Assembly: GCA_951406725.2 (NCBI GenBank)
Contig: OX597820.1
Location: 76,322,001 to 76,386,000 of the forward strand
From: Octopus vulgaris
Lineage: Eukaryota
Length of the DNA: 64,000 nucleotides
Reading direction: 5' to 3'
Both the position numbers and the translations under genes were made by a program. Positions within the stretch are counted from its first letter, which is position 1. Every line of letters starts with the position of its first letter. Below the pieces are notes generated by a model. It was not told the DNA's origin. It searched no databases and saw nothing but the letters and a program-made list of their open reading frames with translations. Below are positions 26,246-40,178 of this stretch, in pieces.

Positions 26246-26765
26246 AGCTAGTGCATGGTAATTTAGTTAACAAGTATTTCATCTTGAGGTTTGATAACAA
26301 CAAGTCTCCTCAAATCTGAAGTCTCTTCCTGACGATTCTTGCAGTGTATAGGATATTACTTTTCCGTAGGTCGACTATGCAAGTTTCAATTTCAACCTGT
26401 TATATAGAACTTTGGGAGTTGTGCCCAGTGTAGCAATTACTACGACGGGGATAATTGTCAGCTTGGTCTTTCCCTGTCTCCTCAGCTCCCTGGTGAAATC
26501 CTGATATTTCTCAATTCTTTTCAATTTCTTTGGTATTGACTCTGCTATCATAGGAAATTGCTAAATCTATGATCTTACACTGTTTGTTATTTTGTCTTCT
26601 ATGATCAAATCTGATCTCCTTGCTTCAATAGTACGGTCAGTCTTTATGGAAAAATCACCCAATTCTTGTAAATCTCATTTTCTATTCATACCACTGTTTT
26701 GTTGTTTTGAAACCTCCTAGTCGGTTAACATCCCAATGCACACCTTTGCGTTTACAGTAATGTCT
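26246..26765 (-). mobile_element. R4/Dong-clade RLE retrotransposon 3' fragment
   Basis: Frameshifted VHWD..WYE..DFSIKTDRTIEARRSDLII..IIDLAISYD..KYQD..IIPVVV..TARIVRK; 3' end abuts (ATT)n. Confidence 0.8.
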
Positions 26766-27275
26766 GCGTTTATACTCTTGTTGTGCTACTATACTGCAAT
26801 CACTCGAAAGATGGTTTGCACTTTAGCCAGCTTTCTTGCAGATTCTACATTTTTGTTACTTGTGTTTTATCCTAACGTGGTCGGTAAAAAGCACATACCA
26901 GGGTCGATAATGTTTTAGGCTTTCTACCTATATTAGAAAGGGTCATCATCATCATCATCATCATCATCCTCATCATCATCATCATCATCATCCACCTCAT
27001 CCTCATCATCCTCATTATCATCATTGATTTGATCGAATTGCCAGAGCGCTGGAATAAATGCCTTGTGGTATCTGCTCTTCTCAGGTTCTGTACTCACTTA
27101 TAAAATCTCGCCGAAGTCAAATTATTTTCAACCCCTATCTCCTAGGTTTTGTAAAATAAAGAACAAGTCAAGTACTATGGCCGATATAATCGACTAAACA
27201 ACTTCCACTAAAATTGCTGGCCTTGTATCAGAATTCGAATCATTTGGTTGAGTAAAGTAATTATTATTATTATCA

Positions 27276-27690
<415 letters not shown>

Positions 27691-27700
27691 CATTATTATT

Positions 27701-28248
27701 ACTGAGCTAAAGAGCAGTGCATGCCATCAAAGGGACACTGGGGTAAAATGTATGAAGCCCAGTATACCCATCATGACTACCCGTCTGATAAGGGTACACC
27801 AGGCTTATGCATCACAACTTTATGTGCATGACATAGTGATCTCATATCAAGATAAACAGCGCATGACCTTGCAGGTGGGGCCCAGTTAGAATTTTCTTCT
27901 CGTCGAGTAGCCCATCCCACTCAAAAGGTCCCTGAATAAGGGTTGTTTAAGGATGTTGAACGAACCACCAATGTTTCCAAAGGTGAATTATTCAAACCTC
28001 TGTGAATTCCTTTCAACACACGGCTATGATGCTCCCCCACAACTTCTGCTTGTGATCAGAGATGCACATATCGTCAGCCACTAAGGAACATGCTCAACAG
28101 GTTAAGGTCAAGTAAATCCGTGGTACTGAGCAGAATATTTGCTGTAGCCCATCTTTTATACCAATACAAAACCATGTACATGATAACACTTCTAATCAGT
28201 TAAGATCAGAAGCTATGAGAGCCACTGCCTGGGATTGCATCAGGGCAA
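27701..28248. mobile_element. Non-coding structured repeat inserted in an ATT/ACT array
   Basis: Higher-GC 550-bp block between trinucleotide arrays, no convincing ORF; 13-bp hairpin (with G-U pairs) on the minus strand at 27757-27804. Confidence 0.45.
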
Positions 28249-28249
28249 T

Positions 28250-28339
<90 letters not shown>

Positions 28340-28738
28340 GGTGGCAGGAAATGTTAGTGCGTCGACAAACTGTTTAGCGGTATTTCTTTCACCTTTAAGT
28401 TCTGTATTTGCCTTCCATCCTTTCGAGGTTCATAAGATAAAGTACCACTCATGTCCTAGAGTCAATATAATCAGTTGACCACTATCTTTAAACTTGCTGG
28501 CTTTGCGCCAAAATTAGAAAGAATTATTTTTGTTCTTGTTCTTGAAGATACTGCTGCTCTTGTTGATCATAGTATTTCCCAACCCAGACTCATAATTTTG
28601 AATTGTTCAAATAATGTTTGTTAAATTGTTTCTGATGTTGGCCGTTTAAACAGTTAAGTGTTTCTTTTTCTACGCGGCTTTATTGTGGAACTGTCCAACA
28701 ATGACCGGTGTATGTCGTTCCGTTGTGACAGCCCAAAG

Positions 28739-29068
28739 CAGTGGCGGACTAGGTCTAAAAATATTGGTTGCCAGGAGACTAAGTGGGCTCACCAGCAACT
28801 ACATAGCGGCCCACCGGCAACCACAATCCTATAATTTATTTTTTGTTTATTTATTTATTTTTTTTGTTAAAAATATTCTTTTCTACTGTCTACAAACAGA
28901 GCCAGGCTGAAACAATTAATGCATTCTTCCAGGAGTGAATTAAAAAATTCTCAAACTTGTAGGGATAGGTTCCTTAGATACTAATATGGGTCCCCCTATA
29001 TGGATTCTAATGGCGCAAGGGCCTCACTTGCCATCGGACAAGTTGACAACCAGGCCAGTCCGCCACTG
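28739..29068. mobile_element. hAT-superfamily MITE
   Basis: TIRs CAGTGGCGGACT / AGTCCGCCACTG and perfect 8-bp TSD GCCCAAAG (28731-28738, 29069-29076). Confidence 0.9.
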
Positions 29069-29328
29069 GCCCAAAGAGAGTAACATTTTTCTTTTTCGAA
29101 ATAATACTTCCAGCAAGAATATGAATTTGTTTGTTGCAAAATTTCTTTCAAAAAACGATTTGCTTCTTCAAAAAACCAGGTTCAGGGAAGAAGATGACAG
29201 AAACGAGAATGAGCATCCAAAAGCGCAGCACCGAGAATGGTTTGGAAAGTATATTGTAAGGGCAGACTTAATAAGTTCTTTGCACAAGAGAATATGGGAA
29301 AGGTGACGTACATGAGTATGAACAAGAA

Positions 29329-30076
29329 ACTTCGAGCACTGCCATACGCATCGCTGGCGAAGTACAAAAGGTGCTTCAGAGACATATTCTACATTGTATT
29401 ACACGCTGTAAGAAAGGGACTCTGTAGACGTAAAAGAATTACTGTAGAACAATGAGGTTAAGGCGAAAGTAACCTCTGTTAACACACGCGCGTCAGAGGA
29501 GTTTTCCCGCTTCTTAATATACAGAGATAACAATAGCGTCTGTTTATCAGGATGTCAGAGATTGCATCAAACTCTCACTTAGCTCAACAATAGGTTAAAA
29601 ATAACAACGGAAATAACTACAGGTGTATTATTACTAACAGCTAAACGTTGAACTATCACTCCTCCTTAAATTACAAAAAGGACATTATAGTGAGTTAATG
29701 GAAGACAGAAATCTACTCCAACACAAAGGGAAAGAGGGTACCATTTGTGAAAATGTTTTTAAAGCCAACTAGCATAGTGTTAGTGCATGCATATACAGCT
29801 GCGTGCGTGCGCACATACACGCGAGTACTGTCCAAATCTCTGACCAATCACATACAGCTAGCTGGCATTCACTTGGCGTATCAAGTTTCGGGCATTTTCA
29901 TTGGGTTTTGGATAGAAAATTCACAAAAAGTCACTTCTATTGATTTTTTAATGGTTTTGCGGGGTGACTAGGGAAATGTAAAGATGTGCACGACCACCCT
30001 TGGACGGTTTTGAATGACCATAGAAAGTGTGAGCCCTCTAACTGAAAAATTGTGGATTTGTATAAAGGACAAGCAC

Positions 30077-30168
<92 letters not shown>

Positions 30169-30190
30169 TTTGCTGTTTATATATAGAGAG
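29329..30190 (-). mobile_element. Lep1-like non-autonomous Helitron (tentative)
   Basis: Minus strand starts TCTCTATATATAAA followed by (TG)n and ends with a GCCA..TGGC hairpin and a degenerate CTAG-like end; no TSD. Confidence 0.45.
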
Positions 30191-30717
30191 ATGTTCTCAA
30201 ATGACGGGAGAATTTTCAGAAAAAGAGCAGCAAACACGAACATTTGCAAGGTCTTTTCAAGAGCTACCTGCACAACGAGGACAGGAGATTATCAGCTCTT
30301 CGAGATCAAGGTAAGTAGCATGTCTTAGGTTCTCTTGGCTTTAGATGTAAAAGAATGTTGTACACATGCAGACAGACTGTGATCAGCCTAAAAGTAAGCC
30401 GCTTTCTTTGAGACACAAGAAATAGATGCGGTAGATGTCAGTGATGTTAGGGTCTTCGAGACACACGACAAGCTTTACTTTCATCAATCACTGAATTTGG
30501 AGAAATGAAAGTTCTGAATCTCTATTTATCGCTACTCAAAGTTGGCTGGAAATATTCACAAACGCATTAAACGAGGGTTGGTGTCACATAATTTCGTTGA
30601 ATACAGAGTTCATCTGAATGACAGTCACTAAGATGTTTCGCCACAGGTTCGTGTCATGAAGTTGTTAATTGTCACAGTCATTGGGACATTTTTACGAACG
30701 ATTTACGTAAAGACAAT

Positions 30718-30906
30718 TCTTTTTCTTCTTCTTCTTCTTCTTCTTCTTCTTCTTCTTCTTCTTCTTCTTCTTCTTCTTCTTCTTTCTTTCTTTCTTTCTT
30801 TCTTTCTTCTTCTTCTTCTTCTTCTTCTTCTTTCTTCCTTCTTCTTCTTCTTCTTCTTCTTCTTCTTCCTCTTCCATTTCTTCCTCTTCCATTTCTTCCT
30901 CTTCCA

Positions 30907-30937
<31 letters not shown>

Positions 30938-31240
30938 TTCTTCCTCTTCCCCTTCCATTTCTTCTTCTTCTTCTTCCTCTTCCCCTTCCATTTCTTCTTC
31001 TGCTTCTTCCTCCTCTTCCATTTCTTCTTCTTCTTCCTTTTCTTCTTCCTTTTCTTCTTCCTCCTCTTTTTCTTCTTCCTTTTCCTCCTCCTCCTCTTCT
31101 TCCTCCCCTTCTCCTCCTCCTCATCTGCTTCTTCTTTTTCCTCCTCTCCTTCCTCCTCCTCCTCATCTTCTTCTTCTTTCTCCACTTCTCCTCCTCTTCT
31201 GCATCCACTTCTTCTTCCTCCTCCTCTTCTACTTCTTCTT
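30718..31240. repeat. 520-bp polypyrimidine (TTC/TCC)n tract
   Basis: Seen directly; gives spurious poly-E, poly-K and poly-F ORFs. Confidence 0.95.
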
Positions 31241-31254
31241 CAACATACTAAAAA

Positions 31255-31640
31255 TAGTATCAAATTTTGGCACAAGGCCAGCAATTTTAGTGGTGGGATA
31301 AGTCGATTAAATCGACTCTTGCGCTCAAATGCTACTTATTTTATCGGCCCCGAAATGATAAAAGGAAAAGTTGAACTCAGAACGTAAAAACGGACAAAAT
31401 GCTGCAAGGCGTTTCGTCCGGCATACCAGCGATTCTGTTAATTTACTGCCATTCTAAGGCGGCGAACTGCTTAGTGCTATTTCGTCTGTCTTAGCGTTCT
31501 CAGATCAAAATCCGCCGAGGTCAACTTTGTCTTTCATCCTTTCGGGTCGATAAATTAAGTACAATTTGCGTACTGGGGTCGATCTACTCGATTGGCCCCA
31601 CCCCCAAAAGTTTCGGGCCTTGTGTCTAAAGGAGAAAAGA
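31255..31640. mobile_element. Two head-to-head family B SINEs
   Basis: About 31255-31450(-) and 31456-31640(+). Confidence 0.75.
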
Positions 31641-31709
31641 ATTTGCTGCCTTTCTTAAAACTACATTATTTACATTTGACGGATATTTGTCCTCATCTTG
31701 TTTGTTGAT

Positions 31710-31755
31710 AACACAACATTTCGGTTGATATACCCTCCAGCTTTCATCAGGTATC
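31710..31755 (-). ncRNA. Minimal type-I hammerhead (C3-G8), partly decayed
   Basis: GATAC-CTGATGA-A-AGCTG(gagggtatat)CAACC-GAAATGTT-GTGTT; stem II has two mismatches. Confidence 0.6.
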
Positions 31756-31815
31756 TCGGGGAAATTTCAAACCTGGGTTCTCATTCCTAAGGTATTTTTC
31801 GATCTTCTTCTTCTT

Positions 31816-31899
<84 letters not shown>

Positions 31900-31902
<3 letters not shown>

Positions 31903-32184
31903 TAGTTTTATTTTTATAGCGTGCTTTCACTTCACTACCGAGCGCAGCTCTGTGTGCCTTGGGTATGTGCTGTGATTTGTTGTGATTCACTGATGGTTAT
32001 TGTATGGAAAGTGTTCTGCGTAGGATGTGTGCAGTGCCTAGTAGTGCAATTTTCTGTATGTTATATGTGTTTGTAAGTCCTGGTGTTTTTGTTATGTATT
32101 TGTCTGAATATTTTTTATCATGCCTAATGCACCTACTATGATAGGAATTGTTTCTGTTTTCAGATTCCACATTCTAGTTACCTC

Positions 32185-32185
<1 letters not shown>
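31900..32185 (-). mobile_element. R4/Dong-clade 3' fragment
   Basis: IEVTRMWNLKTETIPIIVGALGMI..IQKIALLGTAHILRRTLSIQ*; (ATT)n on both sides. Confidence 0.85.
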
Positions 32186-32281
<96 letters not shown>

Positions 32282-32791
32282 CTCTTTATCACAGGTGTGT
32301 TGGAGCACCCGGAGCCTTGCATGCGTAGCGGGCTTACTACTTGCAGCCTACGGTACCATACTATTCGTTCTTTTCACTTATCTAATACTTTCCTGATTAT
32401 TCTGTCTGTACAGAGGAGGCAAACCTTTTGTAAAAGTTCTACTGGATGCTCTATTCCAATTTCCTTTATATTCCTCTTGATGCTTTCTGATACTGTTCCT
32501 ATGCACCCAACAATAATTGGCACTATCTTCACCTTCATTTTCCATAACCAGGCTATTTCGTTCTTAAGAGGGTTGTATCTATCTATCTTTCCGTTTTCCT
32601 TCTTGACTATTCGTGGGTCAAAGGGGCATTCAACACCTACTATATATCATACGTGGTGCACCGTATCCACTACAACTAGGTCTGGTCTGTTATGCTCTAG
32701 CACGTAATATATTTGGATTGAGAAATCCCTGAAGATTTTACTAATGTTCAACTCTTTATTTGCGGTTTGTGCTCATATCACGTCCTGCCTC
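32282..32791 (-). mobile_element. R4/Dong-clade 3' fragment
   Basis: DFSIQ..LEHNRPDLVVVD..ECPFD..KIDRYNPLKNEIAWLWKMKVKIVPIIVGCIG..LLQKVCLL..RIIRKVL; PD..D restriction-like endonuclease motif; (ATT)n on both sides. Confidence 0.85.
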
Positions 32792-33560
<769 letters not shown>

Positions 33561-33613
33561 TAACAGCCTGGAATCGAAGCCCACGTTCATAACCACTACG
33601 CCATATGCCGGTA

Positions 33614-33893
33614 GTGATGAAGACTGGAGGGTGTATCAGTCGAAGCGTTGCATTAACAGCAAACAAGATGAGGGTTGTTGCTGATCGGAAGAGGTGACCG
33701 TCTGGAAGGGATTTTCTCGTCGCTCCTTTCTGCCAACAGGTAGCCCCACGCCAACCGGTGCGTGATCGACTCTACACGGCCGGCGTGTCCGCCGACTTTC
33801 CGCTGCCGCCCCACTCTCCCCAAAATGAGGACAAATAGCCGTCAAATGTAAATAATGTATGTAATTCCTCATCTCTTGAATATAGAACTGTAC
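33614..33893 (+). mobile_element. Inverted truncated copy of the hammerhead element, with a GC-rich insert
   Basis: TGATGA-A-GACTG(gagggtgtat)CAGTC-GAAGCGTT, then ...AAACAAGATGAGG [insert] ATGAGGACAAATAGCCGTCAAATGTAAAT; reverse complement of 31661-31750. Confidence 0.7.
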
Positions 33894-34485
33894 CTTCTTC
33901 AAACTGTCAAAAATAATAAACGTATTATTATCAATAATAATAAACGTATCAGGATAAATAAAAGTTATAATATAAAGACAACTTTAAAACGAACAACAGC
34001 AACAGTAGGTAGAAATGTCTTTCAGCATTTCTCGCAAATTCTCTCGGTGTTTGTATTATTTATATTTATAGTTCTTCGCATGTGTGTGTGCTTGAGTGTG
34101 TGCGTGTGTGTGTGTGCGCGTGCGTGCGTGTTTGTGGGGGGCGTATGTATTTGGGTAAGCAAAGGTATGATGTGAAGAAAATGGAGATGGTGTGAAAAGA
34201 AAAGGGAAAAGAGAGAAAGAAGAGCATAAAGAAGTATAAGGGAGGAAAGGGGTGAAAACGTAAAGGAGAGTAAGAAAGTTAGGGTTAAAGAGGGGAGTAA
34301 ATAATAGGGAGTAAGGGATAAAGAGTGGGGAAAGGAGATAGAAAGTAAGCGAGCAGATACAGAGAGAGAGGGGGAGAGAGATGGGAGAAAGGGGGAGAGA
34401 GAGAGGGAGACAAAGAAAGAAAAGAAAGAAAAAGAGAGATTCAGAATTGAAAGTTTTAGGAGATCGTGAGAGAGCGCAAAGAATG

Positions 34486-34568
<83 letters not shown>

Positions 34569-35244
34569 CAGAGAGAGAGAGAGAGAGGGAAAGAAAGAGA
34601 GAGATTGAAGAAAGAAAAGGGCAGGAAAGAGACAGAGATTAAGAGAGATTGAGTTTTTGAACGAAATAGGAAAGAGGGAGAAAATATGTGCGTGTGTATG
34701 TATGTGTGAGAGATAGAGATAGATAGATAAATAAGTAGAGAGAGAGAGAAAGAATAGGATAACGAGGTGAAAATATACAAATAGTGAGGTATTAACGAGA
34801 AAGAAACTGCATCAGAATTGGGAGCCAAAAGCGAGGCTGAATTAAATAAATAAATAATTTTATTATCTTATATATTATTTATATTTTTATTATAATACTT
34901 TAAAATTTTATAATTTTATTAATTTATTTATTTAGCTGTTGTTACTTTTACATTTTTTTTTTTAAGCATTTTAATATGTCCCTTAAGGCGTACATTTGTC
35001 AGGAAGAGAAAGAGGGAGAAAAAGTGAAATCTGGAAAAAGGTGTGGGGAGATGGACGAAAGAATGTCTGAGCAATATTGCATGAATAAATAATTTTTAAT
35101 TTACATGTAAAGGAAACAAGCCGGCAACAACAACATCAACAATAATGGCGACGAAGGCGTAAACAACAACAACAACAACAACAACAACGGCAAATGCGCC
35201 AAGAAATACTACACAACAATAATAAATGTGACAATAATAGAACT

Positions 35245-35291
<47 letters not shown>

Positions 35292-35669
35292 AGAAAGAGG
35301 CGAGAAATGCAGGAACGACAAGTAGGACACGCACAGGTATACAAACTTGTATATGTATGTGTGTGTGTGTGTGTGTGTGAGTGTGTTTCTATACACACGC
35401 ACACAGACACACACTCACACACTCATACACATACGTATATATATATATATATATATATAAAACAATTATTACGTGGAAGATATGTATTAGCCATTCAAAT
35501 GTCTAAGTGATGCTAACAGTTCTTGGGTATTTCTGAATGGCGCTAATATGTGACTTCTACGCTGTAATTGCTACACATACACACTGTCTCACACACACAC
35601 ACACACATACATATATATATATATTTATATATACATATATATATATAAATATATATATATACATATATG

Positions 35670-35755
<86 letters not shown>

Positions 35756-36078
35756 GAGATTGATACAGATGGATAGATAGATAGATAGATATGCAGGAAA
35801 ACATTGACGATCCAGTAGACAACAACTACAAGAACACGGATTGCAAAAGAAGAGAAGAGAACCAACAAAAATAAATGCAGAGTTATGAATGAAGAATGCC
35901 ATCACCATTATGAGTGACAATGAAAAAAACGACTACTACTACTACTACTACTATAGCTGCTACTGCTGCTGCTACTTGTATTATTTCTACTACTTGTCGA
36001 CCATGATAACAATAAAAAGGTAGCAATAACAAATCATGATAGCAATTATAACAAACACAGCAAGTAGAAAATATCGGA

Positions 36079-36158
<80 letters not shown>

Positions 36159-36517
36159 GTACCGACAGCAGTAAGAAAATTAGTCATATAGAAAACCAAG
36201 TAAGCTAAAAAACCAAGGAGGTGGAGGAGAGGGAGAAGAGGAGAAAGAAGAAAAGCGAAGAAGAAGAAGACCATCACCACCACCAACAACAACAACAACA
36301 AACGATAGAGCAACATTGACAATGAAGTTGACAATTGAACCGCTTCCTGTTAAAAAACTGAACAGAATCGAAACAATATTGTTGTAAATCTTTTCCTGAA
36401 CGCATATTCTGAGTGTATATATATTCATATATTCAGTTATATACATATATACATACACACACACATACACACATACGCACACACACACTTATATATGTAT
36501 ATAAATAGATAAAGATA

Positions 36518-36604
<87 letters not shown>

Positions 36605-37029
36605 ACAATTTAATAAATAAACCATTTGCATGCATACATACATACATATATGTACATACCTACATCTATATGTATATATATATGCATATATGAGTACAGT
36701 ATATTACCACAAATAAACGTAGAACACAACGAGAAACGAAAACATAAAACCAAACAAGGAAACGGACTTTTTTTAACAACGAAAAAGCAGAGTACAAGAC
36801 AAACAATACAAGAAACATTCCCCTTCTTCAGCTGTCCCTGTTTCGACTCAATGCTTATTTCGAAGGTAAGGGCAGAACATGGTCACGCCGAAGCAGTCCT
36901 TCCCGCAAAATGAATTAAATAAAAAATTTTTGCGGAGGGGTAAAAAAAGTGACAAGAAAAGGACGTAAAAGCAATACAAATGAAGAAAAAAAACAGTAAA
37001 AATAAAGATAGAAACAGTAAAAGACAGGA

Positions 37030-37406
37030 CAAGGAAACCAACAATAAGGGCTTTTTTTAAGTCTAGACGGTGGAAAAATTCGTTAGAACGCATTCTGAAG
37101 ATCGGCTGCGGAAGAGAGAAAAAAACCGATGCTGACAAGTTGAAAGCTGTGGGCAGAAAGAAAGTTAGCAGCCGTCCGGGCAGAGACGAGAGAGAGGAGG
37201 AGGAGTGAGAGAGAGAGGAGAAGAAACCAGAAAGGGTGAAAAATAAGGAGAAAGACAGGTAGAGAGGAAGACAGACAGCTTTCTGCCCACAGCTTTCAAT
37301 TGTCAACATCGGCTTTTTTCTGTCTTCCGCAGCCGATCTTCAGAATCCGTTCTGAGAATTTTTCTACCGTCTAGGCTTGAAAAAGCCCTTATTGTTGGTT
37401 TCCTTG
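37030..37406. repeat. About 130-bp inverted repeat with purine-rich spacer
   Basis: Arms 37030-37160 and 37279-37406 are diverged reverse complements. Confidence 0.85.
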
Positions 37407-37409
37407 GTA

Positions 37410-38062
37410 ATTTTCAAAAACCTGGACCTGCCCCATGATAAAATCTGGTGGGAACACAAACCACCTCCAGTGCTTGAAAAGGATCACATCTCACTCCTCT
37501 GGAACTTCACCATTCAAACTGACTGAAGGATAGATGCAAATAGGCCAAACATTATATTGAAAGACTTCAGACAAAAACCATGCCACCTCATTCATATGAC
37601 TGTTCCAATCGACATAAATGTATCTGTCAAGACCTACCAAAAACTGAGCAAGTATAAAGATATTGAAAGAGAAATTAGCAAAATGTGGTATCAGAAGAAT
37701 AAAACAATACCTGTTATCATAGGCGTCCTAGGAATGATAGCAAAAGGGGATGATTGCTATCTAGCTCAGATACCAGGAAACCCCAAAATGGCAGAAATTC
37801 AAAAGGTAGTGCTCATGGGAACTACCCATATCCTACGTAAAATACTGTCTATGTAATCTCAAAATTTTAAAACAAACACATAATTTTCTTATGGTTTCTT
37901 AAACTTTCTCTAGTACAACACTATTTACAAAACCAAATATATGACACCCTAGGCATAGCATAAACATGAACTTCTAACTTGTCTCTTGAGGTCTCTGGGT
38001 GAAACTTGGAGCCAACTTGTACAAATACAAAGCAAAAGTCAAACATATACTACTAATAATAA
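37410..38062 (+). mobile_element. R4/Dong-clade 3' fragment, same family as 32955-33455
   Basis: WEHKPPPVLE..LLWNFTIQTD..ANRPNI..KDF..MTVP..KLSKYKD (ORF 37557..37856); shared 3' UTR; ends in TACTAATAAT. Confidence 0.9.
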
Positions 38063-38446
38063 ATACGATTTTTAAAAATCAATATTTAAAATCTTTCTAT
38101 TTCGACAAATGTTTAGCTATACACTGAACGGAACGTTTTTCAGAGATGAAACTTTTATTTATTGTCCTAAACCCGTTTTATAGATTTTGATCCTGTCTGA
38201 CCGATAAAATATTCTTTGCACAATGGGCATATGGTGCATTAAATGATGCTTTTGTTTTGAAATTCGTATCTGCTTAAAGTTCAATTGTTTTCTATTCTTG
38301 AGCTTTTGGGTTTCGTCCTGTTCAATTATGAATATACATGCATATATATATATATTATTGAAAACAAGTGGATGTATTCCACCGAAACTAGGTAAATAAA
38401 ACCATCGAACAGAGATTGTCGGAAGCGACACCTACTGGCTGGCTAC

Positions 38447-38488
38447 GCTGCATTGAAAAGGGGCAATACCCCGAAACGCGTCTGTAGC
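38447..38488 (+). ncRNA. Intact minimal type-I hammerhead ribozyme, U3-A8 variant
   Basis: GCTGCA-TTGAAAA-GGGG(caata)CCCC-GAAAC-GC-GTC-TGTAGC. Stem I 6 bp, stem II 4 G-C pairs, palindromic ACGCGT stem III, GUC site with cleavage after 38482. Confidence 0.8.
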
Positions 38489-38651
38489 TGCCGGTCAAGT
38501 AGTGTGGAGCGACTGACCTCCCTTGTTCGAAGGTTATATGGATACAGTTTGTGTATCAAATAGCTAACTTAAGGCGATGGCCTCATGGAGCTAATAAGCG
38601 GACAGCTTTTTTCTTATTTTTATAAGAATGCCATATTAGTATGGCGATAAC

Positions 38652-38788
<137 letters not shown>

Positions 38789-38847
38789 TGCGTATGTATA
38801 TATATATATATATATACATACGTACATATATATATATATATACATAC

Positions 38848-38912
<65 letters not shown>

Positions 38913-39254
38913 TTTGTATGTATATATTTACGTATGAAAGACACACATGATGGATTACATACATTTATTGAGGCTAACAATTATTTTCAGATAAGCGCTT
39001 GCGTGATTTAGTCCCATAGATCAATTTCATTCTTCGATCAATCGATCTATTGTCGATCGACTGACAGAATAGAGAAAAGATCGCCCTTTGTTATTCTTTC
39101 CAAAGTCGCAGTGAAATTACTGCCAGCCGAAAGGAATTTGGTTAAGATGTTATTCTTTGAAAACTAGGTCATCTACTTTAAGCAAGTGTTTAACCAACGC
39201 AAACACAGGCAGAAACTAATCCCTTATTAATCCATACTTGTTTTGTTATATGCA

Positions 39255-39306
<52 letters not shown>

Positions 39307-39323
39307 TGCATATAACAAAACAA

Positions 39324-39354
<31 letters not shown>

Positions 39355-39482
39355 TACACGCATGTAGATATATATCTATATATATATATATATAGAAATT
39401 TCCATATACGTATATAGATATAAGTAAATATACATACATATACATATATATGTATATATATATATGTATATATAGATATGCA

Positions 39483-39526
<44 letters not shown>

Positions 39527-39540
39527 CACACACATACACA

Positions 39541-39590
<50 letters not shown>

Positions 39591-39842
39591 AGCTTAAGCA
39601 CATACATGTGAAAATAGTAATAGAACTGTTTAAAATAAGGAAATAAGAGAAAATAGAGAGGCTAAAGCGGGCGAGTGAGTGTTGGTGAAGATAAGGGACA
39701 TAAAGAGAGGGAGAGAGAGAGAGTGAGGAGAGAGAAGCTGGGAAAAATTCAGTTAGGAGATCCAGTAAGATGTGTTGGGGTAGTTCAAAAGAAAATTAGC
39801 GGTCAAATGACTGAAACAAATAAATGACTGAATACTTTTGTA

Positions 39843-39894
<52 letters not shown>

Positions 39895-40093
39895 TATAAA
39901 GGCGTCGCTGTGTAGTAAGAAGCTTGCTTCCCAACGATATGGTAACGGGTTCAGTCCCATTGCGTGGTACCTTTGGCAAGTGATTTCTATTTTAGCCTTG
40001 GGCTGATGAAAACCTTGTGAGTGGATTTGGGAGTCGGAAACAGAAATAAACACACACGCTCACACACACACACATATGTATATATATATATAT

Positions 40094-40178
<85 letters not shown>

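Noticed and set aside
28183-28246. Weak resemblance to U2 snRNA
   Set aside because: Only two short patches match; no branch-point recognition sequence or Sm site.
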